The notes under the pieces are model-generated. The model was given only the letters and a program-made list of their open reading frames with translations, did no database searches and was not told the origin of the DNA. A stretch of 64,000 nt of DNA from Phaeosaccion multiseriatum (lineage: Eukaryota > Protista > Ochrophyta, other classes): positions 2,480,001 through 2,544,000 of the forward strand of contig OZ218951.1 in the NCBI GenBank assembly GCA_965112735.1, written 5' to 3'. Positions 45,449-57,070 of the stretch are shown here, piece after piece (position 1 is the first letter of the stretch; each line of letters starts with the position of its first letter). A program made the position numbers and the translations under genes.

Positions 45449-47884
45449 ATGTTGATGATGAGAGCGGTGTCATTGAGGGGGGTGACCAGAACGTGCTACT
45501 CCTCTTGCATTGGCAGGAATAGAAGAGGACCGCTGCTTAAACGGCGTACCGACTCTACTCTCCATCAGCAGAAGCAGCTGCCGCAGCAATGGTCCTGCTA
45601 CTCTACTGGGGGAAGTGACAAGTCGAGACAGATACGGCTTATGAGGGAGATCCAGGATCTGGGGAGGAGAAAGGATTGGAAGAAGGTTGCACCTACTCTG
45701 GAGCGCGCACGGCGAGAGGGCCTCAAGCCCAACAAGTACTGTTTGAATGCTGCGATTACCGCGATTGGGAAGAGTGGGCGGTGGAAGGGCGCTTTGAGAC
45801 TTCTGGACGAGATGAAAGCAGAAGGACTCTCTCCCGACGTAATCAGCTACAGCTCCGCCATTGACGCATGCGCCAGAGCCAGCCAGCACATGGAAGCATT
45901 GGTTTTGCTGAGGGAGATGAAGGCAGAAGGACTCGCTCCCAATGAAATCAGCTACAACTCCACCATGAACGCATGCGCCAGAGCCAGCCAGCACATGGAA
46001 GCATTGGTTTTGCTGAGGGAGATGAAGGCAGAAGGACTCGCTCCCAATGAAATCAGCTACAACTCCACCATGAACGCATGCGCCAAGGCCGGCCAACACG
46101 TGGAGGCATTGGTTTTGCTGAGGGAGATGAAGGCAGAAGGACTCGCTCCGGATGAAATCAGCTACAGCTCCACCATTAACGCATGCGCCAGAGCCAGCCA
46201 GCACATGGAAGCATTGGTTTTGCTGAGGGAGATGAAGGCAGAAGGACTCGCTCCGGATGAAATCAGCTACAACTCCACCATGAACGCATGCGCCAAGGCC
46301 GGCCAACACGTGGAGGCATTGGTTTTGCTGAGGGAGATGAAGGCAGAAGGACTCGCTCCGGATGAAATCAGCTACAACTCCACCATTAACGCATGCGCCA
46401 GGGCCAGCCAACACGTGGAGGCATTGGTTTTGCTGAGGGAGATGAAGGCAGAAGGACTCGCTCCGGATGAAATCAGCTACAACTCCACCATTAACGCATG
46501 CGCCAGGGCCAGCCAGCACATGGAAGCATTGGTTTTGCTGAGGGAGATGAAGGCAGAAGGACTCGCTCTGAATGAAATCAGCTACAACTCCACCATTAAC
46601 GCATGCGCCAGGGCCAGCCAACACGTTGAGGCATTGGTTTTGCTGAGGGAGATGAAGGCGGAAGGACTCACTCCCAATGAAATCAGCTACAGCTCCACCA
46701 TTAACGCATGCGCCAGGGCCAGCCAACACGTGGAGGCATTGGTTTTGCTGAGGGAGATGAAGGCGGAAGAACTCACTCCCAATGAAATCAGCTACAACTC
46801 CACCATTAACGCATGCGCCAAGGCCAGCCAACACGTTGAGGCATTGGTTTTACTGAGGGAGATGAAGGCGGAAGGACTCGCTCCGGATGAAATCAGCTAC
46901 AACTCCACCATTAACGCATGCGCCAAGGCCAGCCAACACGTTGATGCATTGGTTTTACTGAGGGAGATGAAGGCGGAAGGACTCGCTCCGGATGAAATCA
47001 GCTACAGTGCCACCATTAACGCATGCGCCAGGGCCAGCCAGCACATGGAAGCATTGGTCTTACTGAGGGAGATGAAGGCGGAAGAACTCGCTCCCAATGA
47101 AATCAGCTACAACTCCACCATTAACGCATGCGCCAGGGCCAGCCAACACGTTGAGGCATTGGTTTTGCTGAGGGAGATGAAGGCGGAAGGACTCGCTCCA
47201 GATGAAATCAGCTACAGTGCCACCATTAACGCATGCGCCAGGGCCAGCCAACACGTTGATGCATTGGTTTTGCTGAGGGAGATGAAGGCAGAAGGACTCG
47301 CTCCCAATGAAATCAGCTACAACTCCACCATTAACGCATGCGCCAAGGCCAGCCAATACGTGGAGGCATTGGTTTTACTGAGGGAGACGAAAGCAGAAGG
47401 ACTCTCTCCCGACGTAATCAGCTACAGCTCCACCATTAACGCATGCGCCAGGGCCAGCCAACACGTGGAGGCATTGGTTTTGCTGAGGGAGATGAAGGCG
47501 GAAGGACTCGCTCCGGATGTAATCAGCTACAGCGCCGTTATTGATGGTCTGCAGGAGGGTGGAGAGGAGGAGGCTGCTGACGAGCTGTACGAAGAGGCCG
47601 TATCGCTGGGGATTTTGAATCACTGGAAGAAAGGTGGGCAGGAGATGGATTTGCACGACTTCACCAGGGGAACGAGCAAGGCAGCGCTTCGTCACGTGCT
47701 CTCAGAGGCGAAGCCGGGGGCTGAGGTCAAAGTCATCACAGGCCGAGGCCGAGGCAGTGAGGGCGGCGTCAGCGTTCTCAAGCCCGCGGTGCTGGCCTAC
47801 TTGCAGGAAAGAGCAGGAGTCGAAGTACGGGAAGACGAACGTAACCCGGGGATGGTGGTGATGCGAGTCACCGGTGCGCGATGA
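45449..47884 (+). CDS. Intronless P-class PPR protein with C-terminal SMR domain, probably mitochondrion-targeted
   Basis: 811 aa from ATG 45449; Arg/Ser-rich, acid-poor leader (MLMMRAVSLRGVTRTCYS); about 18 35-aa PPR motifs; SMR motifs MDLHDFT, VITGRGRGS, NPGMVV from about 47645. Confidence 0.93.
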   Translation: MLMMRAVSLRGVTRTCYSSCIGRNRRGPLLKRRTDSTLHQQKQLPQQWSCYSTGGSDKSRQIRLMREIQDLGRRKDWKKVAPTLERARREGLKPNKYCLNAAITAIGKSGRWKGALRLLDEMKAEGLSPDVISYSSAIDACARASQHMEALVLLREMKAEGLAPNEISYNSTMNACARASQHMEALVLLREMKAEGLAPNEISYNSTMNACAKAGQHVEALVLLREMKAEGLAPDEISYSSTINACARASQHMEALVLLREMKAEGLAPDEISYNSTMNACAKAGQHVEALVLLREMKAEGLAPDEISYNSTINACARASQHVEALVLLREMKAEGLAPDEISYNSTINACARASQHMEALVLLREMKAEGLALNEISYNSTINACARASQHVEALVLLREMKAEGLTPNEISYSSTINACARASQHVEALVLLREMKAEELTPNEISYNSTINACAKASQHVEALVLLREMKAEGLAPDEISYNSTINACAKASQHVDALVLLREMKAEGLAPDEISYSATINACARASQHMEALVLLREMKAEELAPNEISYNSTINACARASQHVEALVLLREMKAEGLAPDEISYSATINACARASQHVDALVLLREMKAEGLAPNEISYNSTINACAKASQYVEALVLLRETKAEGLSPDVISYSSTINACARASQHVEALVLLREMKAEGLAPDVISYSAVIDGLQEGGEEEAADELYEEAVSLGILNHWKKGGQEMDLHDFTRGTSKAALRHVLSEAKPGAEVKVITGRGRGSEGGVSVLKPAVLAYLQERAGVEVREDERNPGMVVMRVTGAR
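45839..47518 (+). repeat. 16 tandem near-identical 105-bp coding repeats (PPR motifs)
   Basis: Exact 105-bp period with no indels (gaag(g/a)actc at 45821, 45926 ... 47501). Confidence 0.97.
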
Positions 47885-48425
47885 CGCTGCCGTTGATGGG
47901 CGTCGAAGGCGTACCCCGTGAGTCTCAGTTGCGTCCTGGTCTTGGTCCTATCACTCGGCGGAATTGTCGGGTGGCTGTGGCTGGCGTGGCAGGCAGTCGC
48001 ACCAACTCCCTGTCTTGGTGTGCTTGCAACTGCTGCTACGGAACCATGTCGAGGCCAAGGAACTGAAACTCATCACCATGGCCGTGGAGCGGGATGACGG
48101 CAGCAACTGAGCACTAGTTAAGCACCAGTGTTATGTGGCCGGAAGGGGCCAGCCCTCCCGCAAGGCTGAGCTCGTGGATAAGACCTTGCGGGTGAAGAGC
48201 TTGCGCGTGGTGTGCGGGGATGGGATCTGCCTGCCGGTCTTGCAGCTGCAGCTGGATACCGGGCATCCCAACGACAGGGGGCGAGTAGGCAGAGAAGAGA
48301 TAGGTAAATAGGTGGATACATGTCGAGCTCACACACATACTTTCAATCGAAACATTGTACTTGACTTTTCCTGCTGCTTCGGAATGCTGTCATAGCGCGC
48401 TGCGTCTCGTTGGACTTCTGCTGCG

Positions 48426-48462
<37 letters not shown>

Positions 48463-48649
48463 TGTCCATTCGTCGTCCTGACCCCCGTTTCCGCGGGGAC
48501 TCGGCGGCGGAACAACAAAGGGGTGTAACGGGTGTAACGGATGCCCGCCTCGGGTCGGACAGGAGAAGGGAAAAGAAGAAAGGAAAGCACCCCGGCCAGC
48601 ACCTCAATCAATTGCACATCACCCTCCAGTGCCATCCCCACCCGCTGCC

Positions 48650-51410
48650 TGCCTGGGTGGGTGGGTGGGGGTGTGGGTACGTGGGTACGTGGGTGGGTGG
48701 GTGCGTGGGTGGGTGGGTGGGTGCGTGCGTGGGTGCTTGTGTGGTGGGGGGTGTGGGGGTGGGTGAGTGAGTGAGTGTGTTGGTGGGTGGATGCGTGCGT
48801 GGGTGGGTGAGTGAGTGTGTAGGTAGGTAGGTGCGTGGGGGTGTGGGGGTGGGTGATTGCGTGGGTGCATGTGTGGGTGGGTGAGTGAATAAGTGAGGGA
48901 GTGAGATAGTGCGTGCAGCCAGTAGGTCTGTGTGATAGGTTCAGGGGGGGGGGGGGGAGTGTGGCAGCCAGGACAGCGCTCCGGCGGGTGATAGACGGGT
49001 GGGGTGCAAACGAACCGTCTTGCCTGTAAACAGAGCAGCTGTCCATTTTGGGAAGGGCGAGAAGAAGCGGAACACTCGCAGACCACGCGAGTAACAAATG
49101 AAGACAAGCAAGTTTTTGTACACCAGCAGCAGCACAGCAAGCAAGAGGCTTGGGTGCCCATGGAGAGGCGTGGGGATGGGTGTGTGATGAGTGGGTAGAT
49201 GGGTGGGTGCGTGCGTGCGTGGGTGGGTGGTTGCGTGCGTGGGTGGGTAGTTGTGCGTGTGGCTGTGGGTGTGTGATGGGGGGTGTGGGGTGTAGGTGCA
49301 TGGGCAGGACAATATCGACATTGGTGTCGAGGAGGTCTACTTCGGTCTAATTCGGGATGGTGGGCGGGAGTGTATCGGGTCAGTGACAAGGCCGTGTGTT
49401 AGAAGTCGAGCTTTTGCTAAGCTCATACCTACCCTCTGAATTCAGACACGTGTATGGGAGGCAAAAGGGATAAGAGCAAGGGCATAGAGGACAGTGCGAC
49501 AAGGACAAGGACATCATCAAGGGAGTGGTATTGGACATTAGCAACAACGTCAATTAATTACATATCAACTCTTATGCACATCGTAGACAACTTGGAGTGA
49601 GCGGTAGGCCACTACGTGGCTACTGAGAGCGGTTCCGGGAAGGGTCGTCTCTGCCCTTGGCTCGGAGACTAACAGGGGGGGGGTGGATGGGTGGGTGGGA
49701 GTGTGGGTACATGGGTGGGTGGGTGCGTGGGTGGGTGTGTGGGTTGGTGGGTGGGTTCGTGCGTGCGTGGGTGCGCGTGTGGTGGGGGGTGTGGGGGTGG
49801 GTGAGTGAGTGAGTGTGTGGGTGAGTGAGTGAGTGAGTGGGTAGGTGGGTGGGTGGGGTGGATGAGTGCGTGGGTGCGTGTGTGGTTGGGGGTGTGGGGG
49901 TGGGTGAGTGCGTGGGTGGGTAGGTGGGTGGGTGCGTGAGTGAGTGCGTGCAGTAGGTCTGTGTGATAGCTTCAGGGGGGAGGTAGGGAGGGTGTGGCAG
50001 CCAGGACAGCGCTCCGGCGGGTGATAGACGGGTGGGGTGCAAACGAACCGTCTTGCCTGGAAACAGAGCGGCTGTCCATTTTGGGAAGGGCGAGAAGAAG
50101 CGGAACACGCGCAGACCACGCGAGTAGCAAATGAAGACAAGCAAGTTTTTACACACCAGCAGCAGCACAGCAAGCAAGAGGCTTGGGTGCCCATGGAGAG
50201 GAGTGGGGGTGGGTGTGTGAGTGAGTGGGGGTGTGGGTAGGTGGGTGGGGGTGTGGGTACGTGGGTGGGTGGGTGCGTGGGTGGGTGGGTAGGTGCGTGC
50301 GTGGGTGGGTGATGGGGGGTGTGGGGTGTAGGTGCATGGGCAGGACATCGACATTGGTATCGAGGAGGTCTATTTCGGTCTAGTTCGGAATGGTGGGCGG
50401 GAGGGTATCGGGTCAGTGACAAGGCCGCGTAGGAGGCAAAAGAGATCAAAGCAAGGGCATACAGCACACTGTGGCAAGTGTATAGACAAGGACATCATCA
50501 AGGGAGTGGTGTTGGACACTAGCGACGTCTATTAATTACATACATTTCCACTTGCTCAACTCTTACGCACATCATAGAGAACTTGGAGGGAGCGGTAGGC
50601 CACTAAGTGGCTACTGGGAGCGGTTCCGGGAAGGGTCGTCTCTGCCCTTGGCTCGGAGGCTGAGAGGGAGTGGGTGGGTGGGTGGGGGTGTGGGTACGTG
50701 AGTGGGTACGTGAGTGGGTACGTGCGTGGGTGTGTGGGTGCGTGCGTGGGTGGATGAATGCGTGCGTGGGTGGGTTCGTGCGTGCGTGGGTGCGTGGGTG
50801 GTGCGGGGTGTGGGGGTGGGTGAGTGAGTGAGTGAGTGAGTGAGTGTGTGGGTAGGTGGGTGGGGGTGTGGGGGGTGGGTGGGTTAGTGAGTGGGTAGGT
50901 GGGTGGGTGGGGTGGATGAGTGCGTGGCTGCGTGTGTGGTTGGGGGTGTGAGGGTGGGTGCGTGCGTGGGTGCGTGTGTGGGTGGGTGCGTGAGTGAGTG
51001 CGTGTAGTAGGTCTGTGTGATCGCTTCGCTCAGGGGGGGGGGGGAGGGTGTGGCAGCCAGGACAGCGCTCCAGCGGGTGGTAGACGGGTGGGGTGCAACA
51101 AGCGGCCCGACTTGCTTGTAAAGAGAGCGGCTGTCCATTTTGGGGAAGCGGAACACGCGCAGACCACGCGAGTAGCAAATGAAGACAAGAAGTATAGCAA
51201 GCAAGAGGCTCGGGTGCCCATGGAGAGAGTGAGGGCGAGGGGGGGTGTGCGTGACTCTCGTCGAATGGGTGGTGTAAAGAAACAACAGTGTTTGGTTCGT
51301 CAAGGGGAATCACGCGGTGCACGTCGCATCTCTTTCAAAAGGGTGGTGTTGAGAAACACCAGTGTTGTTGTTTTGTGTTGACGCACTTGACGCTCACAAA
51401 GAAAGCCGGG
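48650..51410. repeat. Three diverged tandem units of about 1 kb related to the histone H4 downstream flank
   Basis: Shared blocks: gtaggtctgtgtgat...gtgtggcagccaggacagcgctcc (about 48922, 49953, 51007; also about 55407 and 60967), gggtgcccatggagag, gacaaggacatcatcaagggagtggt, gagcggttccgggaagggtcgtctctgcccttggctcggag; separated by GT-rich low-complexity tracts. Confidence 0.9.
51345..51360 (-). promoter_or_regulatory. Orphan histone 3' stem-loop
   Basis: Minus strand reads GGTGTT-TCTC-AACACC-ACCC, with flanks matching the H4 3' UTR but no histone CDS upstream. Confidence 0.8.
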
Positions 51411-51610
51411 TCCCTCAGTCAATCACATCCCAGGAGCGAAGCAGCAGCAGCTAAGTATACATGGGGGGGAATTGATACCTCGCTCCAGGCGGCGGGAGCC
51501 CTTTTTCACTGCCATAAATAAATCTGTGTGTGTGGTATTATTTGAAATCACAACCCCTTGCGATCACGAGCTTGAACGAGCACACAAGTTGGCATAGAGC
51601 AGCGCATACA

Positions 51611-54386
51611 ATGAACAGACGGGAGGGAGCACTATCAGGGGAGGCACGAGAGGCGGAGGGGGCGCGACGTATGAGCAAGGCTGTCGCGCACGACGAGGGA
51701 GGAGATGGAGGACATGACAATCGGGGGGAGGAAACGCGGCTAATCGACGACGATGTAGCGGAGATGGACCCAGCCAGGAGGGCCATGTTCGGTATGACCG
51801 TCATGATGGAGCTCAAGCCCGGCGTCTGGTGGGCTGGAGTCGTGTGCGATCCTCGCTTCGCTCCTCATCCGGTCATGGTCACGGCCCAAAAATGCCTCCC
51901 CCGAGCACAAGACCTGGTCTTCCTCTTCGGCGTCAAGTACCCATTTGTTATGGCGCCGTGCTGGTGAGCGAGGTTTAGTAGGGCATCAAGCAATCTGTCC
52001 ATCCCATCCAGCCTAACGAACAAGCAACGCGTCCCAATCAGGTCCATCAAGCCCTTCGATGGCGATGTGGATGTTCTTCCCGCGATGCTCGAGGGCAGCG
52101 ATGCCCAGGGCTGGATGGAAGGCATGAAGCAAGCCAAGAGGCATGCCTCCCTACCTGAGCACCAGAGGATGCGGTGGATAAGAAAGGGCGGCAGGAGGAG
52201 AGGGGGAATTGGAGGAGAGGTGCGTTCCCTGCTGCCCGCCGCAAATTCTCTGCTTTGTAAGTACCTCACTCTCCACTCTCTATCCCCGCCCCGCAGTCAG
52301 CACACAATCGCATGCACCAATTCTACCGGAACCTCGACCAAGACCGGTCGGCGGCGCCGCTGGTGAGACCGAAGGCACAGCGTCCCGAACATGGCGCCCC
52401 TGTGATGCCGCTCGTGACGGCGCTCGACATGGCTGAGGAGGAGGAGGTTGGCGAGGTCCGTAATGCAGCGGCGCACCTGTATGTTAGACAAAGCAGCAGG
52501 GGCAAGAGCAAGAGAGAGACCGGCCAAAAGCATGGTGAGGAGAATGGGGGGTTGCTTGGGGCGGCGGAGCAGCGGTTGGTGTTTCATTCTTCTTCTTCTT
52601 CTTCTTCTTTCGCTTGCTTCTGGCGGTGAGATGCATACTCACATGGCTACCACCCCCATTGCCGTCGATTGCGTACATACCGCAGCAGCAACCACCCGAG
52701 GGGTTCTTCGTCTATGTGGAGCTGTACGCCGATGACCAAGGAAGGGAAGGCCCTTGCGTCCCTTCCTGGGCCGAGTGGCCGGAGCTCGAGAGCGACAGCA
52801 GCGAGGAGGCCGCCGGCACCGCTGCCCCCTCGCCACCCGGCATCATCAGTGCCAAAAGCAGCGGCGACGAGGGCGACAGCGCGCGAGCACCTCCACCCCC
52901 CCGAGCGAAGCCAATCCAGCACGAGAAGGAGCAGCGGCAGTAGCCACAGCGACCCCACCGGCGACAGCAGCATTGACAGCACCACCACCCGCACCAGCCG
53001 CTCCAGCAGCAGCGACACCCTGTGAGTCGGGCAGCGGCCTCGGAGCAGCTCCGTCACCAGAGGAAAGCGGCACGGGCAGCATCGGAGCAGCGACAGCTCC
53101 ATCCGCAGCACCTTGCGACTCCTCCAGCGGGGCGGCTGCAGCGTCAGGAGACCAGCACTACGGTGGCGACAGCAGCGACGACAGCGACGACGACAGCGGC
53201 GACGACAAGGCGCCCTCGGGAGCAGGGGGCGGGCCTTCGATGCGCCGCACCTCCTGGGCTGCATGCGAGAGGAAGCGCAAGCCAGCAGGGGAGGCGAGAG
53301 CCCCCGCCACTGCCGCCCCGCCAAGGGCGCTGCGGAGGTTCAGCAGCTTTTCGAAGGGCGGCAGGTCCTGGCCAACCCCCGCCCTGGCCCGGGGAGCCAA
53401 CTGCCGCGTAGTCGCCCTGATGAGCAGACACTGCACCCCCTCTTGGATCGCTTCTGCGCGCTAAAGGTAGGTTTGTGACACTTGCTTGTGGGCAGCTGAC
53501 TCACTACACACACACACAGCCACAGCCACACGGCCGGTCGCCTCCTTTGTGTCCCCACCAAATACTAATACAGAATCATGTTCCTCTGCCTTGCTTGCTT
53601 GTTCAGGCTCTTAAGGATCCCAACGCCATGGCCACTCTGCTGCCCATAGTGTCCATGAACACTCTCCTCCACTGGTGCGACGACCTGTCGCCGGGGAAGT
53701 TGGACATGCTGTGGAATTTGCGCCGCCCGGACGAAGGCAAGGCCTTGGCCCCCGAGCAAGTCGTAGGACTCGGTTGCGAGGACGTTCCTCAGGATACGAG
53801 CGTCGTCTATTTCGCCTGGCCATCCGTGGAGCAGGGGAATCGGGACAAGACTCCGGAGAAGGTTCTCGCACTGCTGAGGGAAAATGTGCCTGGGATGGAC
53901 AAGTATGACACCGTGGGCGAGGCGGTGCTCAAGCTCATCGACTCCTTCGAGCCAGAGAATGGAGGACGCATGGCGGGAGGAGGCAAGGTGGGCACCACCA
54001 GGCACCATGGCGGCCGTTTTGGAGTGTACAACACGAGCGGCCCGCTGCAGCACCTGCTCCTACTCGCCAAGAAGCTGGGCCTCGCCGACTACTTCTCCCT
54101 ATATTACGTCGTCCTCTTCCACGCTGTCGAGCTGTACTCCCCCTACCGCGACACGTCCTCGGACGAAGAAGCCACCAAGCGCAAGGACAACCAAATGGTC
54201 TACCTCGAGGCCATCGAGACCACCTGCGCCGCCATCATCGGCCCCCAGTGGCTCCCCGCCTTCGCGCGCTTCGGCCGCTTCAGTGGAGGGGGATCATGCA
54301 ACAACAACGACACCCCCCCCTTCACCATCAAGGCTCAACACCTGAGCCGCCGCAGCAGCAGCAGCAGCAGCAGCGGCGGTGGTGGT

Positions 54387-54419
<33 letters not shown>

Positions 54420-54887
54420 GGTGGTGGTAGCAGCAGCAGCAGCAGCAGCAGCGGCGGTGGTGGTAGCAGCAGCAGCAGCAGCGGCGGTGGCGGTAGCAGC
54501 AGCAGCACTGGGGTGACGAAGAAGAGGAAGCTGTGCAGCGTAGCAGGCTGCGACAAACGAGCGAGAAAAGGCGGCCTTTGCGACAAGCACGGGGGCCAGA
54601 GGAAGAGGAAGCTGTGCAACCACGGCGGAGGAGGCCGCTGCCCCAACCAGGTCGTCAAGGATGGCGTGTGTGTGCAGCATGGCGCCACTGTAAAGCGGTG
54701 CAGCGTGGACCACTGCGACAGTGCTTCCAAGAAGGACGGTCTGTGCATTCGCCACGGGGCCCCTGTGAAGCGGTGCAGCGTACAAGACTGCGACAAGCTC
54801 GCCCAGCAGGGCGGAGTGTGCCGCAGGCATAGCAGCAGCAGAGAGGAGGGACCTCCGCCAAAGAAGCAGAAGCGCGCTCCTGGCTAG
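51611..54887 (+). pseudogene. Multi-exon gene: PWWP-like domain, low-complexity linker, putative GIY-YIG-like domain, WRKY19-like C-x4-C...C-x2-HG zinc-finger repeats; apparent frameshifts
   Basis: PWWP-like: VMMELKPGVWWAGVV...VFLFG...IKPF. Last exon (acceptor about 53606) has SVVYFA...GKVGTT-x4-RFGVY...YLEAIE...GGSCN, then four fingers (e.g. CSVAGCDKRARKGGLCDKHGG). The plausible frame shifts near the C-run at about 52896 and again near 53230-53320. Joining all exons into one gene is inferred. Confidence 0.6.
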
Positions 54888-56084
54888 GCTGAGAGGGGCA
54901 TGGTAGGCAGTCTTGGTGACGGGCTCGGGGTAGCAAGTTGTGAGTGAGGGAGGTAGTGAGTGGGTTAGTAGTAGGGCATGGGTGCGTGGATGCGTGGGTG
55001 GGTGGATGCGTAAGCGCTGGTGGGTACGTGGGTGTGTGTGTGTGTGTGTGTGGGGGTGGTGTGCGTGGATGGGTGGGTGCGTGCGTGGGTGGGCGAATGC
55101 GTGGGTGTGTGGGTGGGTGTGTGGGTGGGTGTGGGGGTGAGTGAGTGAGTGAGTGGGTGAGTGAGTGGGTGGGTGTGTGGGTGGGTGTGGGGGTGGGTGA
55201 GTGAGTGAGTGGGTAGGTGGGTGGGTGCGTGCGTGGGTGGGCGAATGCGTGGGTGTGTGGGTGGGGGTGTGGGTGTATAAGGGCGGGTGCGTTTGTGGGT
55301 GGGTGAGGGTGTGGGTGCGTGGTGGGTGCGTAGGTGGGTGGGTGGGTGCGTGGGTGCGTGCGTGAGTGCGTGAGGGAGTGAGGGAGGGAGTGAGATAGTG
55401 CGTGCAGTAGGTCTGTGTGATCGCTTGAGGGAGGGTGTGGCAGCCAGGACAGCGCTCCGGCGGGTAATACATGTAGGCGGGTGGGGTACAAAAGAACTGG
55501 AACTGTCTTGCCTGTAAACAGGCCATGTGTAAAATGAACATTGCTGGCCCCATTGAAGCCTTACTTGGACGCTATTCCGCCCCGGGATTGGTGCTCCTTC
55601 TCCAAGGACCTTAGCCCTATACAGGAGTGAAGTATAGGTTTAATTAAGGCACCCAATACACAGCGTCTTACTTGGGTTTGCTTAAATCTAAATGTGGCGC
55701 TCGGATCCGAACTTCACTCCCACGTCGTACCAGAGGAAGAACTGCAGCCCCCCCAGTGCATCCCAAGCAGCAATACGGGCGGGACGGATACAGCAGCCAG
55801 CCAGGCAAGATATACCTGCCGGAGGAGCCCTCGGGGCTGACGAAGAGGAAGGGGAGGACTTGAAACTGGGGAGGTAAGTAAGCGATGAAGTATGAAGGGA
55901 CGAAGGGGTGGGGTGGGAGGGGGTTGGCATGGGTAAGGGACGAATACCTGTAGCGAGAGGGCTACAAGTCATGGAGCTATGTCCTTCTCTTGGCTACCAT
56001 TCCTCCTCCTGTTTGCCCCCGCACTCGCCTGCTTCCCATTGTCTGAGACTGTACACTAAAGTAAAGGCATCTCTTCAAAAGGGT

Positions 56085-56100
56085 GGTGTTAAGAAACACC
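56085..56100 (-). promoter_or_regulatory. Histone 3' stem-loop of the truncated H4 copy
   Basis: Minus strand GGTGTT-TCTT-AACACC-ACCC. Confidence 0.85.
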
Positions 56101-56169
56101 AGTGTTGGTTGGGTTGACGCCACAAAGCCGGGTGGTGAGGGCTAAAAAAGGCTAAAGGAAACAAAGCGT

Positions 56170-57048
<879 letters not shown>

Positions 57049-57070
57049 CTAACAATCGGATGTGCCTTAC

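Noticed and set aside
45839-47518. Regular repeat array as a possible CRISPR
   Set aside because: Contiguous 105-bp coding units with no unique spacers and no cas genes; eukaryotic context.
47900-48610. Minus-strand poly-Q exon-like piece (MDNQQQ...MFRLK followed by a GT donor)
   Set aside because: Downstream frames contain stops and no domain is recognisable.
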